IMG/VR virus record: IMGVR_UViG_3300010358_000001
Location: 1 to 44,571 of that record
Direction: 5' to 3' (one strand)
Source of the DNA: a virus
Taxonomy: Duplodnaviria; Caudoviricetes
Length of the DNA stretch: 44,571 nt
This document shows positions 26,698 to 36,283 of this stretch, one piece after another. A program made the position numbers and the translations under genes. The stretch's first letter is position 1. Every line of letters begins with the position of its first letter. Under the pieces are notes generated by a model, which was not told the DNA's origin, did no database searches, and was given only the letters and a program-made list of their open reading frames with translations.

Positions 26698-27954
26698 GTG
26701 CAGTACCAGATCCGCGAGATCGGCTCGGTGGGCAACAGCCGCCGTGTGCTCGTGGACTTGACGGTGACCGACCCGGCGGACTACCAGAACGGGCTGGTCA
26801 TCGACCCGGCGAAGGTCGACCTCGACCACATCGACTCGATCACCCCGGTCGGCATCGACGCCGGTGGGGTGTGCCTGTTCGACCCGTTGGTGAAGAAGGT
26901 GCGCGTGTTCACCGGCGGCGGCGGTGGCTCGCAGGGTGTGCCGGGGCCGCCGGGTGCTGACGGGGCGACCGGTCCTGCGGGGCCGACGGGGGCGCCGGGT
27001 GCGACCGGCCCCCAGGGTCCCCCGGGTCCGGCGGGTGTGAACTCGTCGGTGCCGGGGCCGACCGGTCCGACGGGGCCGCCGGGGCCAATGGGCCCGGTGG
27101 GTCCGACCGGCAGCGCGGGCGCGACGGGACCGGCGGGCGCGGTCACGGTCTTCGAGCAGCCGGGCGACCCGTCGCCGCAGCCCTCGGGGGTGTTATGGAT
27201 CGACACCGACGCGCCGGTCGGCACGGGTATCGCGGGGTTGGAGTGGGAGGATGTGGGGGTTTCGGGGGCGTCGGCGTGGGTGCCGGTCAGCCTGGTCGAC
27301 GCGAAGGGCGACCTGCTTGCGGCGACGGCCGACAACACGGTTGCGCGTCTGCCGGTGGGCACCAACAACCAGGTGTTGACCGCCGACTCGACGCAGGCGA
27401 CCGGCGTGAAGTGGGCGACCCCGGCAGGCGGTGGTGGGGCGCTGACGCTGTTGTCCACGACGACCATCGGCACGGCAGCCAACTTCGACATCACCGGCAT
27501 CGTCGGCACCTACAACGATCTGGTCCTGATGCTGATCGGTCGCTCGTCGTGGACGAGCAACCACGATGGCCTCCAGATCCAGTTCAACGGTGACAGCGGC
27601 AGCAACTACTCGCGGCAGGACGTGCGCGGCACGGGCACCAGCGCTCTGGCTGCCCAGGGGATCGCCTTGTCCAGCATTCAGACTCCCGATGCGCTTCCCA
27701 CCGTCAACGCGCTCGCGAACAGCTTCGGGATCGTTGAGATCGTCATTCCCGGCTACGCATCTACCGCGTGGTCGAAGACCCTACTGATCAAGGGTGGGCA
27801 TCTTGAGGGCCAGTCGGGCGGCGAGATGACCACGTTCCAGACAACCGGCCACTGGAACAACACCGCCGCCGTCACCCGCGTCACGTTGCAGCCGGTAAAC
27901 ACTCCCTTCACGTTCGTGACCGGTTCCCAGCTTCGCGTCTACGGGAGAACGTGA
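26698..27954 (+). CDS. Collagen-repeat tail fibre / receptor-binding protein
   Basis: Gly-X-Y repeats; AKGDLL.AT....[21 protein letters not shown] motif; beta-rich C-domain. Confidence 0.8.
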   Translation: MQYQIREIGSVGNSRRVLVDLTVTDPADYQNGLVIDPAKVDLDHIDSITPVGIDAGGVCLFDPLVKKVRVFTGGGGGSQGVPGPPGADGATGPAGPTGAPGATGPQGPPGPAGVNSSVPGPTGPTGPPGPMGPVGPTGSAGATGPAGAVTVFEQPGDPSPQPSGVLWIDTDAPVGTGIAGLEWEDVGVSGASAWVPVSLVDAKGDLLAATADNTVARLPVGTNNQVLTADSTQATGVKWATPAGGGGALTLLSTTTIGTAANFDITGIVGTYNDLVLMLIGRSSWTSNHDGLQIQFNGDSGSNYSRQDVRGTGTSALAAQGIALSSIQTPDALPTVNALANSFGIVEIVIPGYASTAWSKTLLIKGGHLEGQSGGEMTTFQTTGHWNNTAAVTRVTLQPVNTPFTFVTGSQLRVYGRT

Positions 27955-28616
27955 TGCCGTCCTTTCCGACGACGACGCACATCCAGTTCGGCGACGCGTT
28001 GAACGTGACGGATCTGGGGTCGGGCCAGATTCGTGTGGACGGGCAGGGTTCGGTGGGTCCCACGGGGGCGACGGGGCCGCAGGGTCCTGCTGGCCCGGCG
28101 GGCACGGGCGGCATGGTGAAGCTTTTCGACTCGTTGCTGGGGGCGGACGCGGCGTCGATCGACACGGGCGCGGGCGGCGTGGCGGCGGGGTACGCGTGTT
28201 TGGAGGTGCGCATGTTTGTGCGCACCGACGAGGCGTCGGACCCCGGCCAGCTGTACGTGCGGTTGAACAACGACTCGACGGCGATCTACGATTGGCAGCG
28301 GGCTGGTGGGTCGAACGTGACGGCGATCGCGTCCACGATCAACGGCGACACGGGGTGGGCGTGTTTGTGTGCGTCGTCGAGCATCGCCAACAACTGGGGG
28401 GCGGTCACGATGTCGATCCCCAATTACGACAACACGCTGTCCTGGAAGGCAGCGACGTGGGTGGACGCGTACAACGTGTCGTCGGGCTCGGGCCGCGCGT
28501 TCGTGCGGGGCGGCTTGTACCGGTCGGCTTCGGCGGTCAGCCGCATCGCGGTGACGTGCTTGAACCCGGCGCAGAAGCTGCGGTCTGGGTCACGGATGAC
28601 GGTGTGGGGGGCGTGA
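27951..28616 (+). CDS. Short collagen tail-fibre paralog
   Basis: Gly-X-Y repeats; C-domain aligns with that of 26698..27954. Confidence 0.75.
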   Translation: MMPSFPTTTHIQFGDALNVTDLGSGQIRVDGQGSVGPTGATGPQGPAGPAGTGGMVKLFDSLLGADAASIDTGAGGVAAGYACLEVRMFVRTDEASDPGQLYVRLNNDSTAIYDWQRAGGSNVTAIASTINGDTGWACLCASSSIANNWGAVTMSIPNYDNTLSWKAATWVDAYNVSSGSGRAFVRGGLYRSASAVSRIAVTCLNPAQKLRSGSRMTVWGA

Positions 28617-28621
28617 ACTAG

Positions 28622-29884
28622 GTGCCGAACCAGATTCGGGTGCGCACCGCGGCGGGGTGGACGGACTTGATCTACCCGGGTCCGCAGGGTCCGGCGGGGC
28701 CGCAGGGTGCGGTGGGTGCCACTGGTCCGGCGGGTCCGACGGGCGCCACGGGGGCGACGGGCTCGCAGGGGCCGACGGGGCCGCAGGGCGCGCAGGGTTT
28801 GCCCGGCTCGACGGGCGCAACGGGCGCGACGGGCGCAACGGGTCCGGCTGGTCCTGGTGTGCCGACGGGCGGCGCGACGGGGCAGGTGTTGCAGAAGACG
28901 TCGGGCACCGACTTCGCGACGGGGTGGGCGACGGCAGCACCCGCTGCGGACGTGCAGACGTTCACTGCCAACGGGACGTGGACGAAGCCCGCCAACGCGA
29001 CACAGGTGCGCGTGTTCGCCATCGGCGGCGGCGGTGGCGGCGGGCGCGGTGAACTCAGCGCCACAGCCACTCAGGGGGCTGCCGGTGGTGGTGGCGGCGG
29101 GCTGGCGGACCGAACGTTCCGCGCCTCCGATCTGCCTGCCACAGTTGCCGTGGGCGTCGGCCAAGGCGGTCTCGGTGGAACCGCTGGGAGCGGACAGGGC
29201 GGCACGAACAGCACGTTCGGCACGCTGCTCGTAGCTGGTGGTGGAGGTGGCGGCTTCGCAGCGACGGCGGGCAACGCGGGATCGGGCGGTGCCGGTGGTG
29301 GCTACGGGAGCGCCGGGGCTGACTTCGTGACGACGACGAACACCAGTCCTCTCGGCGGCGGTCTTGGTGGTTCTCAGCAGCTTGTTGCTGGTGTCAGCGC
29401 GAACCAACTCAATGCGTCTAGCCCGTGGGGCGGCGGCGGCAGTTGCTGGGGTCGGGGCGGCGGGCACGGTGGGGGTGGTGGTGGCGGCGGCAGCAGCGCA
29501 ACTGGTAACGCTGGCTACGCGGGCGGCAACTCACTTGGTCTCGCGGGCGGTGGCGGCGGCTGCGGTGGGTGCAACAGCGCGGGTCCAGCCGGGTTCGTCG
29601 GCGGTCTCGGCGGTCGCTCTGCGTGTGATTTCACCGTTGCCCCACAGGGCGGTGGAGCGGCAGCCGGTGTCGCCGGAGCCAACGGGGCTGGCCCCTCCGT
29701 CGGTCTCGGAGGCGATGGCGGCGGGGGAGGTGGGGGGAACTCTGGCTCTGGGGTGGGCGGCAGGGGCGGAGACGGTGGTTCGTACGGCGGGGGCGGAGGT
29801 GGCGGCGGCGCGAGTGGATCGACCGGCACTCGCGGCATGGGCGGCAACGGCGCCCCCGGCATCGTCGTCGTCATCTCATGGTGA
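28622..29884 (+). CDS. Collagen plus glycine-rich tail fibre protein
   Basis: Gly-X-Y repeats; [10 protein letters not shown]...[10 protein letters not shown]...[13 protein letters not shown]. Confidence 0.8.
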   Translation: MPNQIRVRTAAGWTDLIYPGPQGPAGPQGAVGATGPAGPTGATGATGSQGPTGPQGAQGLPGSTGATGATGATGPAGPGVPTGGATGQVLQKTSGTDFATGWATAAPAADVQTFTANGTWTKPANATQVRVFAIGGGGGGGRGELSATATQGAAGGGGGGLADRTFRASDLPATVAVGVGQGGLGGTAGSGQGGTNSTFGTLLVAGGGGGGFAATAGNAGSGGAGGGYGSAGADFVTTTNTSPLGGGLGGSQQLVAGVSANQLNASSPWGGGGSCWGRGGGHGGGGGGGGSSATGNAGYAGGNSLGLAGGGGGCGGCNSAGPAGFVGGLGGRSACDFTVAPQGGGAAAGVAGANGAGPSVGLGGDGGGGGGGNSGSGVGGRGGDGGSYGGGGGGGGASGSTGTRGMGGNGAPGIVVVISW

Positions 29885-29894
29885 GGAGGATCCG

Positions 29895-30062
29895 GTGGAC
29901 GTTGTGAGCGACACCCTGGCGGGCACACAGCCGGAGCTTGAGGATCCGCCGCCGGTGATCGAGCTGAACGCGCCGTTGCCCAGTTCGCTGACGGAGGTGT
30001 CGGGCACTGATCTACTTGGGCACGTGATCCGCGTGGAGATCATCGTGTACACAACGGACTGA
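29895..30062 (+). CDS. Small hypothetical protein
   Basis: GAGGAGG RBS then GTG; 55 aa. Confidence 0.45.
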   Translation: MDVVSDTLAGTQPELEDPPPVIELNAPLPSSLTEVSGTDLLGHVIRVEIIVYTTD

Positions 30063-30292
30063 TGCCCGGGGTGATGCAGCCGTCGTTGGTGCGGTCGCGC
30101 AAGCTGTTCGCGCTGACGATGAACCTGGTGTGCTTCAGGTGCGGCCGCCACCCGGCGGAGCTTGAGGGCGACCGTTGGCGGGCGACGGGCTATTCGAAGG
30201 TCCACGGGCACTGGGCGGTGTGCGAGGAGTGCTACCTCGCCGATCGCGCGGCCCGTGCAGCTTCTCCATCCACTGCTGCTGACGGCAGTTAG
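30062..30292 (+). CDS. Small zinc-finger-like hypothetical protein
   Basis: CFRC...CEEC; overlaps the convergent ORF. Confidence 0.4.
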   Translation: MPGVMQPSLVRSRKLFALTMNLVCFRCGRHPAELEGDRWRATGYSKVHGHWAVCEECYLADRAARAASPSTAADGS

Positions 30293-30476
30293 CGCACCAC
30301 TGGGAGGCGGTGCCTTTGCTGTTGCCGACGGTGGGGCGCCCGCAGTTTTTGCATTCCCCGGCGTACAGGGTGTGTTTGCGCTCGGTGACCTTGGCGATCG
30401 TGCGCTGCCTGTTCTCGGGGCGGGCGTACCATTCGCGCGCGTACGCCCGCCGCTTCTCGGGGTCTTTCCTCGGCAC
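30135..30476 (-). CDS. Basic zinc-finger hypothetical protein
   Basis: MPRKDPEKRRAY.REWY N-terminus; CKNC...CANC. Confidence 0.55.
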   Translation of the reverse strand: MPRKDPEKRRAYAREWYARPENRQRTIAKVTERKHTLYAGECKNCGRPTVGNSKGTASQWCANCRQQQWMEKLHGPRDRRGSTPRTPPSARGPSNSPSPANGRPQAPPGGGRT

Positions 30477-31220
30477 CTACAGTCCCCGCCGGAACCGCTT
30501 GTGCTGAGTCTGGCCCTGGGCGGCCTGCTGGAGCAGCTGCTGGATGTGTTCGCTCATCTGCGCGTGGTAGCTCTTGGTGCTGCTCCCCGGGGTGGGCGCC
30601 CACGTCGTGGTGGGGATCGGCACTTTCCGGGTCGTCCCTCGCGCGCGCGCGCGTGTAACTAGAGAGGCGGGCAGTTTCTCGACGGGCGTGCCCGGGTAGT
30701 TGTCGGCCAGTGTGGGCACCAGTGCGGCGGGTGCGTACAGGGTTTTGGGGTACGCGTACTGGCAGCGGAACCCGTCGTCGGCGTGCACCACTTTCCCCCA
30801 CCCGTTGATCTGTCCGTACACGGTGCCTTCCATGCAGTAGTCGATGGTGCGCGCCGCGTAGATGCCGCACCGGCAGTTCTCGTCGGGGCTCGTGTGCTGG
30901 GTGGTGGTGACGCGCAGCTCCCACATGAACCCGGGGGGCGGCACGCTGCGCGGGGTGCGCACGTTGAGGAGCCCGGGGTCGGGGCCGGGCGACACGTCGG
31001 CGTCGATCCTGCTGTCGGAGCCGGACCCGTCGACGGGCACCAGGTCCCAGTAGTGGTGCAGCTGCGGCCCCGGCCCCCCTTTGCAGCGGGCCTCCATGCG
31101 CTCCCCCGGCAGCCACAGCACGTGCCGGGTGCACGCCTGCAATGTCGGCCTGCCGTCGTGGATCGCCACCTGCCAGCTTCTCCAGCCGACGATCGGCTCG
31201 ATGCTGTCGGGCACGATCAT
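30477..31220 (-). CDS. Conserved-looking hypothetical protein
   Basis: PIVGWRSW...P...CRCGIYA...V.G....WGKVV....GFR..YA motif. Confidence 0.7.
   Translation of the reverse strand: MIVPDSIEPIVGWRSWQVAIHDGRPTLQACTRHVLWLPGERMEARCKGGPGPQLHHYWDLVPVDGSGSDSRIDADVSPGPDPGLLNVRTPRSVPPPGFMWELRVTTTQHTSPDENCRCGIYAARTIDYCMEGTVYGQINGWGKVVHADDGFRCQYAYPKTLYAPAALVPTLADNYPGTPVEKLPASLVTRARARGTTRKVPIPTTTWAPTPGSSTKSYHAQMSEHIQQLLQQAAQGQTQHKRFRRGL
30636..30661 (-). repeat. 26-bp inverted repeat, copy B
   Basis: CCCT(CG)7TGTAACTA. Confidence 0.9.
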
Positions 31221-31327
31221 GCGCCCACCCCCGTCGAGCCGGACCCGCACCCGGCGGCGACGAGCAGCAGCCAACCGCTGGCGATCACCGCGACGGCGAT
31301 GAGCAGCGTCCACGCGAACCGGGTCAT
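31217..31327 (-). CDS. 36-aa membrane peptide
   Basis: MTRFAWTLLIAVAVIASGWLLLVAAG; coupled at both ends. Confidence 0.5.
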   Translation of the reverse strand: MTRFAWTLLIAVAVIASGWLLLVAAGCGSGSTGVGA

Positions 31328-31881
31328 GCCCCACCCCAGCTTGCCGAGCTGGTGCCGTTCGCGTTCACGGTGATGCTGACGCGCGGGTACTTGTACGAGC
31401 AGTAGTTGATGCCGAGCGCCCCCAGGCACACGTGGAACTTGCCTTGCGTCCACACCGTTTCTGTGCTGGCCCCCGTCATCCCCGTGCAGAACTCGTTCGT
31501 GCAGTTGCCCCCGATGTTGCCGTCGAACGCCCACCCCGCGTGCGTGTCGGCGGGCCACCGGTCGCGGTGCATGTACGTCACCTTCAGCCCGTTCCAGCAC
31601 CAGCGGGCCTGCTCGTTGTACGTGAACACCGTCAACCCGAGCAGATTCGAGCGGGTCGCCCGCGCCCACCGGGTCCTGCAGCGTCCCGCCGCCGCGTCCG
31701 GGGAGTAGCCGTACAAGCCGGGGCTCTCCGTGAGCGTCCCCGTCGCCCCGCTTCCCGTCCCACAATCCACGTCCTTGAAGTAGCAGCCGCCCCCGTCCGA
31801 GGGGATGTTCGGCTCCGTACCCCCGGCAGCGACCGGAACCACGGCCAGCGCCACCACCATCACACACAAGCTGAGTCTCAC
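31324..31881 (-). CDS. Secreted Cys-rich protein
   Basis: Signal-peptide-like N-terminus, several Cys, beta-rich; GGAGG RBS. Confidence 0.65.
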   Translation of the reverse strand: MRLSLCVMVVALAVVPVAAGGTEPNIPSDGGGCYFKDVDCGTGSGATGTLTESPGLYGYSPDAAAGRCRTRWARATRSNLLGLTVFTYNEQARWCWNGLKVTYMHRDRWPADTHAGWAFDGNIGGNCTNEFCTGMTGASTETVWTQGKFHVCLGALGINYCSYKYPRVSITVNANGTSSASWGGA

Positions 31882-31962
31882 CTCAAAGCCTCCGATACTA
31901 GGTAAACCACGCTCAACACCCCGACGCTCGCGACGAGCGTCCACGCGAACCGGTGCCCCCAA

Positions 31963-32079
31963 TCAGGCGGGGACGAGCGGCTTCGCCTCGACTTCCTTCT
32001 CAGGCTCCCGCTCCCTGCCGGGAACAGGCTCCTCGACGGGCTCGATGACCGTCGTCTCACGCTCCGTGCCGATCTCCAC
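31963..32079 (-). CDS. 38-aa acidic peptide
   Basis: MEIGTERETTVIEPVEEPVPGREREPEKEVEAKPLVPA; purine-rich RBS. Confidence 0.45.
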   Translation of the reverse strand: MEIGTERETTVIEPVEEPVPGREREPEKEVEAKPLVPA

Positions 32080-32311
32080 GAACCTCACCCTCCTCCGTCA
32101 CGACCGCCGTCATGCCCATCACGTTCAGCATCCCCTCCGCCGCCGCCAGCACATGCTCAGCCATCGTCCTCAGCGTCTCCATCTCCGACCGCAACGCCTG
32201 ATTCTCCGAGCGCAAGAACAGCAGCTCCTGATAATCAGCGTGCTGCTGACCGATCTCGTCGCGCAACGCCTGAATCTCAGCCAGCGCGTCCCGCTCCTCC
32301 AAGAGTCTCAC
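32057..32311 (-). CDS. Coiled-coil hypothetical protein
   Basis: 84 aa; AAGGAGG adjacent to the start. Confidence 0.55.
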   Translation of the reverse strand: MRLLEERDALAEIQALRDEIGQQHADYQELLFLRSENQALRSEMETLRTMAEHVLAAAEGMLNVMGMTAVVTEEGEVRGDRHGA

Positions 32312-32323
32312 CTCCTTGGTTCA

Positions 32324-32334
32324 AGTATATCACA
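32324..32334 (-). promoter_or_regulatory. Extended -10 promoter for the leftward arm
   Basis: TGTGATATACT upstream of AAGGAGG. Confidence 0.55.
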
Positions 32335-33099
32335 GGTTCGTATCCCGTCCGGCCCAACCCCCATCATTGACTGAACGCCCACGAGCCGGTGGTCCAGGAT
32401 CGAGCTACCTGGTCGCACCGTGCACGGCTCGTTCACAAGCTGGGGGGGACAACAGGGGGGGATGTGCACAGGCAGTCCGCGTGGGTCGCCCGCTGCGCGG
32501 GCCCCCGACCCACGAACAGCCGCACCCCCCGCTGGTTCAAAACCCCCCGTTATCGGAGACCCGGTGGACATGGGGCCGGGGGTTCAAAACTCCCCGAAAA
32601 CCACAATCTCCCGTAGATGGGGCCCTCGCTACGCTCGCTCGGCAGCCCTGGGCCCACGATCACCCCCGGGGGGGTCAGGCCGAGCGTTTATGCGCTCTTA
32701 TGCGCGAGTTCACCCGAGAGGATGGTCGAATCCGGTTCGGCCGGGGACGTCTACGCGCACCCGGGCAGGCGTTGAGTGCCTACGTACTGCCTACGCTCCT
32801 TTGCCTAGGCATTGCCTAAGCAAACCGGGGGAATAGATCGGGCCTCTCGTTCGTTGCACCCTGTGCGGGCCGCACCGACGCAAGGGTGCGACCTCGCCGC
32901 CGGGTAGGAATTCCTCGGCGTTAAAGACAGGGCTAGAACCCCGCGCAATTCCTCTACTGATTATCGGGAGAATCGCTCCGAAGATCGTCCCTCTCTCCCT
33001 CGGGAGTTTCCTGGGAATTAGCGCAAGAGTTAGGTTCCCTCTTGCGGTGATTCTCGGAGAATTCCCTCTGGGAACGCTACAAGAAAGGACGGTACCAAA

Positions 33100-33693
33100 A
33101 TGCCTGCAAGGGCGAAGGCAACTCCGGTTGGCAACACGAAGGGGAACGGTGCGACGATTCCTCAGCGCAAACCACCGGCGATTAGCTACACGGATCACCC
33201 GACGCTCGCCCCGTCGGAGGAGTTGACGAAATTCGTGACGGATCTCGTTGCGAATCTCGTCGCCGCGAAGGTGCCGGGCGAGGAGGCGCGGAAGATCGCG
33301 CTCCAGACGGCGATCGACAGCGGCAAGTTCAACGCAAAGCCCGTCGCAAAGGCGGCCGCAACTCCCGCGAAAACTGTCACGCGAACGCTCAAGGGAATTC
33401 GCGCGGACGAGCGGGTCGCTGTTGCCGCTTCCGAGGCGGTCAACGAGAACCGGGACGCGGCGGAAATCCGCGGCTCTATTGTCGGCGCAATCGAAGCTCT
33501 CAAGTGGAACCTTAACGAGCTGGGATTGCCCGTCAGAATTCCGGCGGTCAATGAGGACGGAACTCCCGTCGTCGACGAGGCCACCGGAGAGCCGATGGAG
33601 ATGCTCACCGAGATCGGCGAGCACTTGCAAGCGGTCGTTGCTCCGGCAGTTGCGGAGATCGATCGGCGGATGAAGTCCGACATCGTGATCTAA
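33100..33693 (+). CDS. First gene of the early arm, hypothetical
   Basis: GAAAGGA RBS; 197 aa; followed by a terminator. Confidence 0.75.
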   Translation: MPARAKATPVGNTKGNGATIPQRKPPAISYTDHPTLAPSEELTKFVTDLVANLVAAKVPGEEARKIALQTAIDSGKFNAKPVAKAAATPAKTVTRTLKGIRADERVAVAASEAVNENRDAAEIRGSIVGAIEALKWNLNELGLPVRIPAVNEDGTPVVDEATGEPMEMLTEIGEHLQAVVAPAVAEIDRRMKSDIVI

Positions 33694-33706
33694 TCCCTCG
33701 CGAATC

Positions 33707-33746
33707 GCCCCTCGCAATTCCCTCCGGGGAGTTGCGGGGGGCTTTT
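33707..33746 (+). terminator. Rho-independent terminator
   Basis: GCCCCTCGCAATTCCC / GGGAGTTGCGGGGGGC stem followed by TTTT. Confidence 0.8.
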
Positions 33747-33833
33747 CATTGGGAATTGGGTTTGCAGGACGGGCAACGGCCGTTGCCAGAACCGGCAGCT
33801 GGTCGTTGCCCGGCGGGGCGACAGGAGGAGAGT

Positions 33834-33859
33834 CGGTCAAGTCTGTCCGGTACAGAACG
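33834..33859 (+). promoter_or_regulatory. Repeated operator/promoter-like motif, copy 1
   Basis: CGGTCAAGTCTGT-N5-ACAGAACG; near-identical copy at 34492. Confidence 0.55.
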
Positions 33860-33930
33860 CTCGCGCGATCGTCGCGAACGTTGTGTAACGGTCGGAATCC
33901 TCTGGCCGTGTGAGGAAGGGACGGTACAAA

Positions 33931-34203
33931 ATGCAACTCGGATCCGAGCACTACGATCCTGAGTTTATCGCACCCAGCGTTCATCGTGAGCGCTGGGAAT
34001 ACCAACGGGCGCTGGTTCTGGACAGCGACCCTCCGCCCGGTCTTGCGGTGCTCGCCAAAATCAAGTACCGCAAAGGCGAAAAGCTCACGCCCAAGACGCA
34101 AACCGCGTCGAAGGCTGTCGGCCGTGCCTCCGCGAAACTGCAACCTGTCGCCAGGCGATTCCTCGCCCAGCGGCGGCGCGACAGGATCCGGAACGCACGA
34201 TGA
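33931..34203 (+). CDS. Hypothetical protein
   Basis: Leader GGACGGTACAAAATG shared with the 33100 gene. Confidence 0.6.
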   Translation: MQLGSEHYDPEFIAPSVHRERWEYQRALVLDSDPPPGLAVLAKIKYRKGEKLTPKTQTASKAVGRASAKLQPVARRFLAQRRRDRIRNAR

Positions 34204-34391
34204 GCAACTCGTTCAAAAAGCCCGCGCGCTCCCGGCAAGCGATAAGCCGCGGGCTCAAACAGAAACTCTCCGCGTACGAAAAAGGGTCGATCACCGGCCT
34301 CGAGATGCGCGGAATCCTGATCGCCGCCGCCGCCGACGTGCGGCGGGAAGCGTTCGCCTCCATGAGGCAGCTTCCCCTGGCGATCAAATAA
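34200..34391 (+). CDS. Hypothetical protein
   Basis: ATGA coupling; 63 aa. Confidence 0.55.
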   Translation: MSNSFKKPARSRQAISRGLKQKLSAYEKGSITGLEMRGILIAAAADVRREAFASMRQLPLAIK

Positions 34392-34423
34392 CCGCCGAAC
34401 CGCGAGGGATTCGGCGGAACGCA

Positions 34424-34477
34424 GCACAAGGCCCGGCACCGCGCTGACGGGAGCGGCGCGGTGCTGGGCCTTTGTGC
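34424..34477 (+). terminator. Long hairpin (terminator or processing site)
   Basis: GCACAAGGCCCGGCACCGCGC / GCGCGGTGCTGGGCCTTTGTGC; preceded by a smaller hairpin at 34392-34417. Confidence 0.55.
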
Positions 34478-34491
34478 GCGGGCCGGGCAGC

Positions 34492-34516
34492 CGGTCAAGT
34501 CTGTGGAAACAGAACG
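34492..34516 (+). promoter_or_regulatory. Repeated operator/promoter-like motif, copy 2
   Basis: CGGTCAAGTCTGT-N4-ACAGAACG. Confidence 0.55.
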
Positions 34517-34586
34517 AGGGGCGTTCGCGGTGCGTGCAACCCGTGGCGCCCCTCGTGGTGTTTCCACAACACAAAGGGAGAGGACA

Positions 34587-34982
34587 ATGACACCGATTCC
34601 GCTGGTCGAACTCGACGACACCGTGGAGGTCGAGCCCACGCAGGAAACGCTGCAGGAAGTCGAGCAGGAAACGAGCTTCCTCGGCAACGTGCTGAAGCTC
34701 GTCAACAAAATCCGTGGCAAGCACGGCAAGGACGCGCTGTACGAACTGCCGCAAGGCGTGATCAGCAGCGGCTCGCAATGCGTGCTCGCCAGGGCGTTCG
34801 TCGACTTCTCGCCCGACCACAGCGTGTGGGTCGACGGCCAATCCGTCGACTGGTACGACGCGAACGGCAACTTCCGCTCGTTCGGCTTCTACGGCGAATT
34901 TGAGGAACTGACTATCTTCGTCGACCGCTTCGACGACGGCGAATACCCGGAGCTGACGACCTACGAGGAGGAGGAACTGTGA
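34587..34982 (+). CDS. Acidic hypothetical protein
   Basis: CAAAGGGAG RBS then ATG. Confidence 0.7.
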   Translation: MTPIPLVELDDTVEVEPTQETLQEVEQETSFLGNVLKLVNKIRGKHGKDALYELPQGVISSGSQCVLARAFVDFSPDHSVWVDGQSVDWYDANGNFRSFGFYGEFEELTIFVDRFDDGEYPELTTYEEEEL

Positions 34983-35236
34983 CCTCGTGGATTCTCCTCG
35001 GCCTACTGCTCGTCACCGCGCTGTTCAACGCGTGGCTGGTGTACGAAAACAACGACATGCGCGACCGCATGGCACGCGCCACCGTGCTGCTCGACGACCT
35101 CGACGCGATGCTCGTCGAAATGCAGAACAACGTGGGACGCGTCGACCACCTGAACGAGCAGCTGATTACCGAAAACCAACGGCTGCTCGAAAGCAACCTG
35201 TCGCTGTCAGGCGTCGAATGGAGGGCACGGCCGTGA
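34979..35236 (+). CDS. Membrane-anchored coiled-coil protein
   Basis: N-terminal hydrophobic helix. Confidence 0.6.
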   Translation: MTSWILLGLLLVTALFNAWLVYENNDMRDRMARATVLLDDLDAMLVEMQNNVGRVDHLNEQLITENQRLLESNLSLSGVEWRARP

Positions 35237-35442
35237 AACCAACACGGATCGTGCACACCATCGACGACGACCTGCGCAACTACAGGGACGGCAAACCCAG
35301 CAGCCTGTCGCCGGGAACGTTGCCCCGCGACAGGCCCGACCGAACGGAACGCATCCAATGGATGCGCGACTGGGCGAAGCAACACAAACGCGACGTCAGC
35401 AAAGGAATACTGAACAAGCGCAGCAAGATCGTCCGCAGGTGA
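35233..35442 (+). CDS. Basic hypothetical protein
   Basis: GTGA coupling. Confidence 0.5.
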   Translation: MKPTRIVHTIDDDLRNYRDGKPSSLSPGTLPRDRPDRTERIQWMRDWAKQHKRDVSKGILNKRSKIVRR

Positions 35443-35512
35443 TTCCTGCCGGTAGCGCCCAGCAATGGGCGCCTCCGGCAGCAATTGTGCTGCACAAAGG
35501 GAGGGAAAGACA

Positions 35513-35845
35513 ATGGACGAGAAATACCGCACCACCGTTCTGCGCTCCGAACTGAAGCCCGAACTCGGGCTCAGCGACGCCGAGGTCGCGCTGCAAGACG
35601 CGATCAACGACGGCACGATCAGCGACGTCATCCACGGCAACGAGTACGACCCCGAGGATTTCCTCGTCGTCGAACTCGACTCGCTCGACATGGCCGTCGT
35701 CGTGCCCGCCATCGAAGCGGTGATCCTCGGCTCCTCCGTCATGGACGACACGCTGCGCGAAGGCATCGCAAGGCGGCTCGCCGGAAAGCTGTCACGAACG
35801 ATCCGCGAACAGAAGTTCATCATCGTCGAGGACGACGATGCATAG
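35513..35845 (+). CDS. Acidic hypothetical protein
   Basis: CAAAGGGAGGGAAA RBS. Confidence 0.7.
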   Translation: MDEKYRTTVLRSELKPELGLSDAEVALQDAINDGTISDVIHGNEYDPEDFLVVELDSLDMAVVVPAIEAVILGSSVMDDTLREGIARRLAGKLSRTIREQKFIIVEDDDA

Positions 35846-36020
35846 CCACATCGTGCTGATGGGCAACCTGCACGACGGCTACGTCGCCGTCGGCGTGTTC
35901 GGAAACCGCAAAACCGCCGAACTGTGGGTCAACCAGCAGAAAGCCGACGGCTCCGAACTCGGCTACGAGTTCGTGCCGATCGTCAAGCCCGCGCTGCACG
36001 GCACCAAAGTCGCTGCGTGA
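35838..36020 (+). CDS. Hypothetical protein
   Basis: 60 aa; overlaps the upstream stop. Confidence 0.55.
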   Translation: MHSHIVLMGNLHDGYVAVGVFGNRKTAELWVNQQKADGSELGYEFVPIVKPALHGTKVAA

Positions 36021-36085
36021 TGCTGCCGAGGACAGCCCGAAAAGGGCTGTCCCGGGGAACATCAACAGCCGACAAGGGAGGGAAA

Positions 36086-36283
36086 ATGAACGCCATGTGG
36101 CAGGAGATCGACGCGCGGCAAACCGACGAGGGCATCCTCCGCTGGGAGATCGACCTCGTGGCCGGAGTGCACCGCGTCGTGCTCAACGCCCACGACGAAA
36201 CTGAGCACACGCTCGGCGACGGCGTGGACGCCACAACTGCACGCAACCTCTACGACCACCCGTTCGTGGGGTGGAAGCGATGA
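36086..36283 (+). CDS. Hypothetical protein
   Basis: CAAGGGAGGGAAA RBS. Confidence 0.65.
   Translation: MNAMWQEIDARQTDEGILRWEIDLVAGVHRVVLNAHDETEHTLGDGVDATTARNLYDHPFVGWKR

Noticed and set aside
26698-29884. Diversity-generating retroelement acting on the fibres
   Set aside because: No reverse transcriptase and no near-identical template/variable repeat pair seen
32525-32605. tRNA-like T-arm (GGGGG-TTCAAAA-CTCCC...CCA)
   Set aside because: No matching acceptor, D or anticodon stems could be formed
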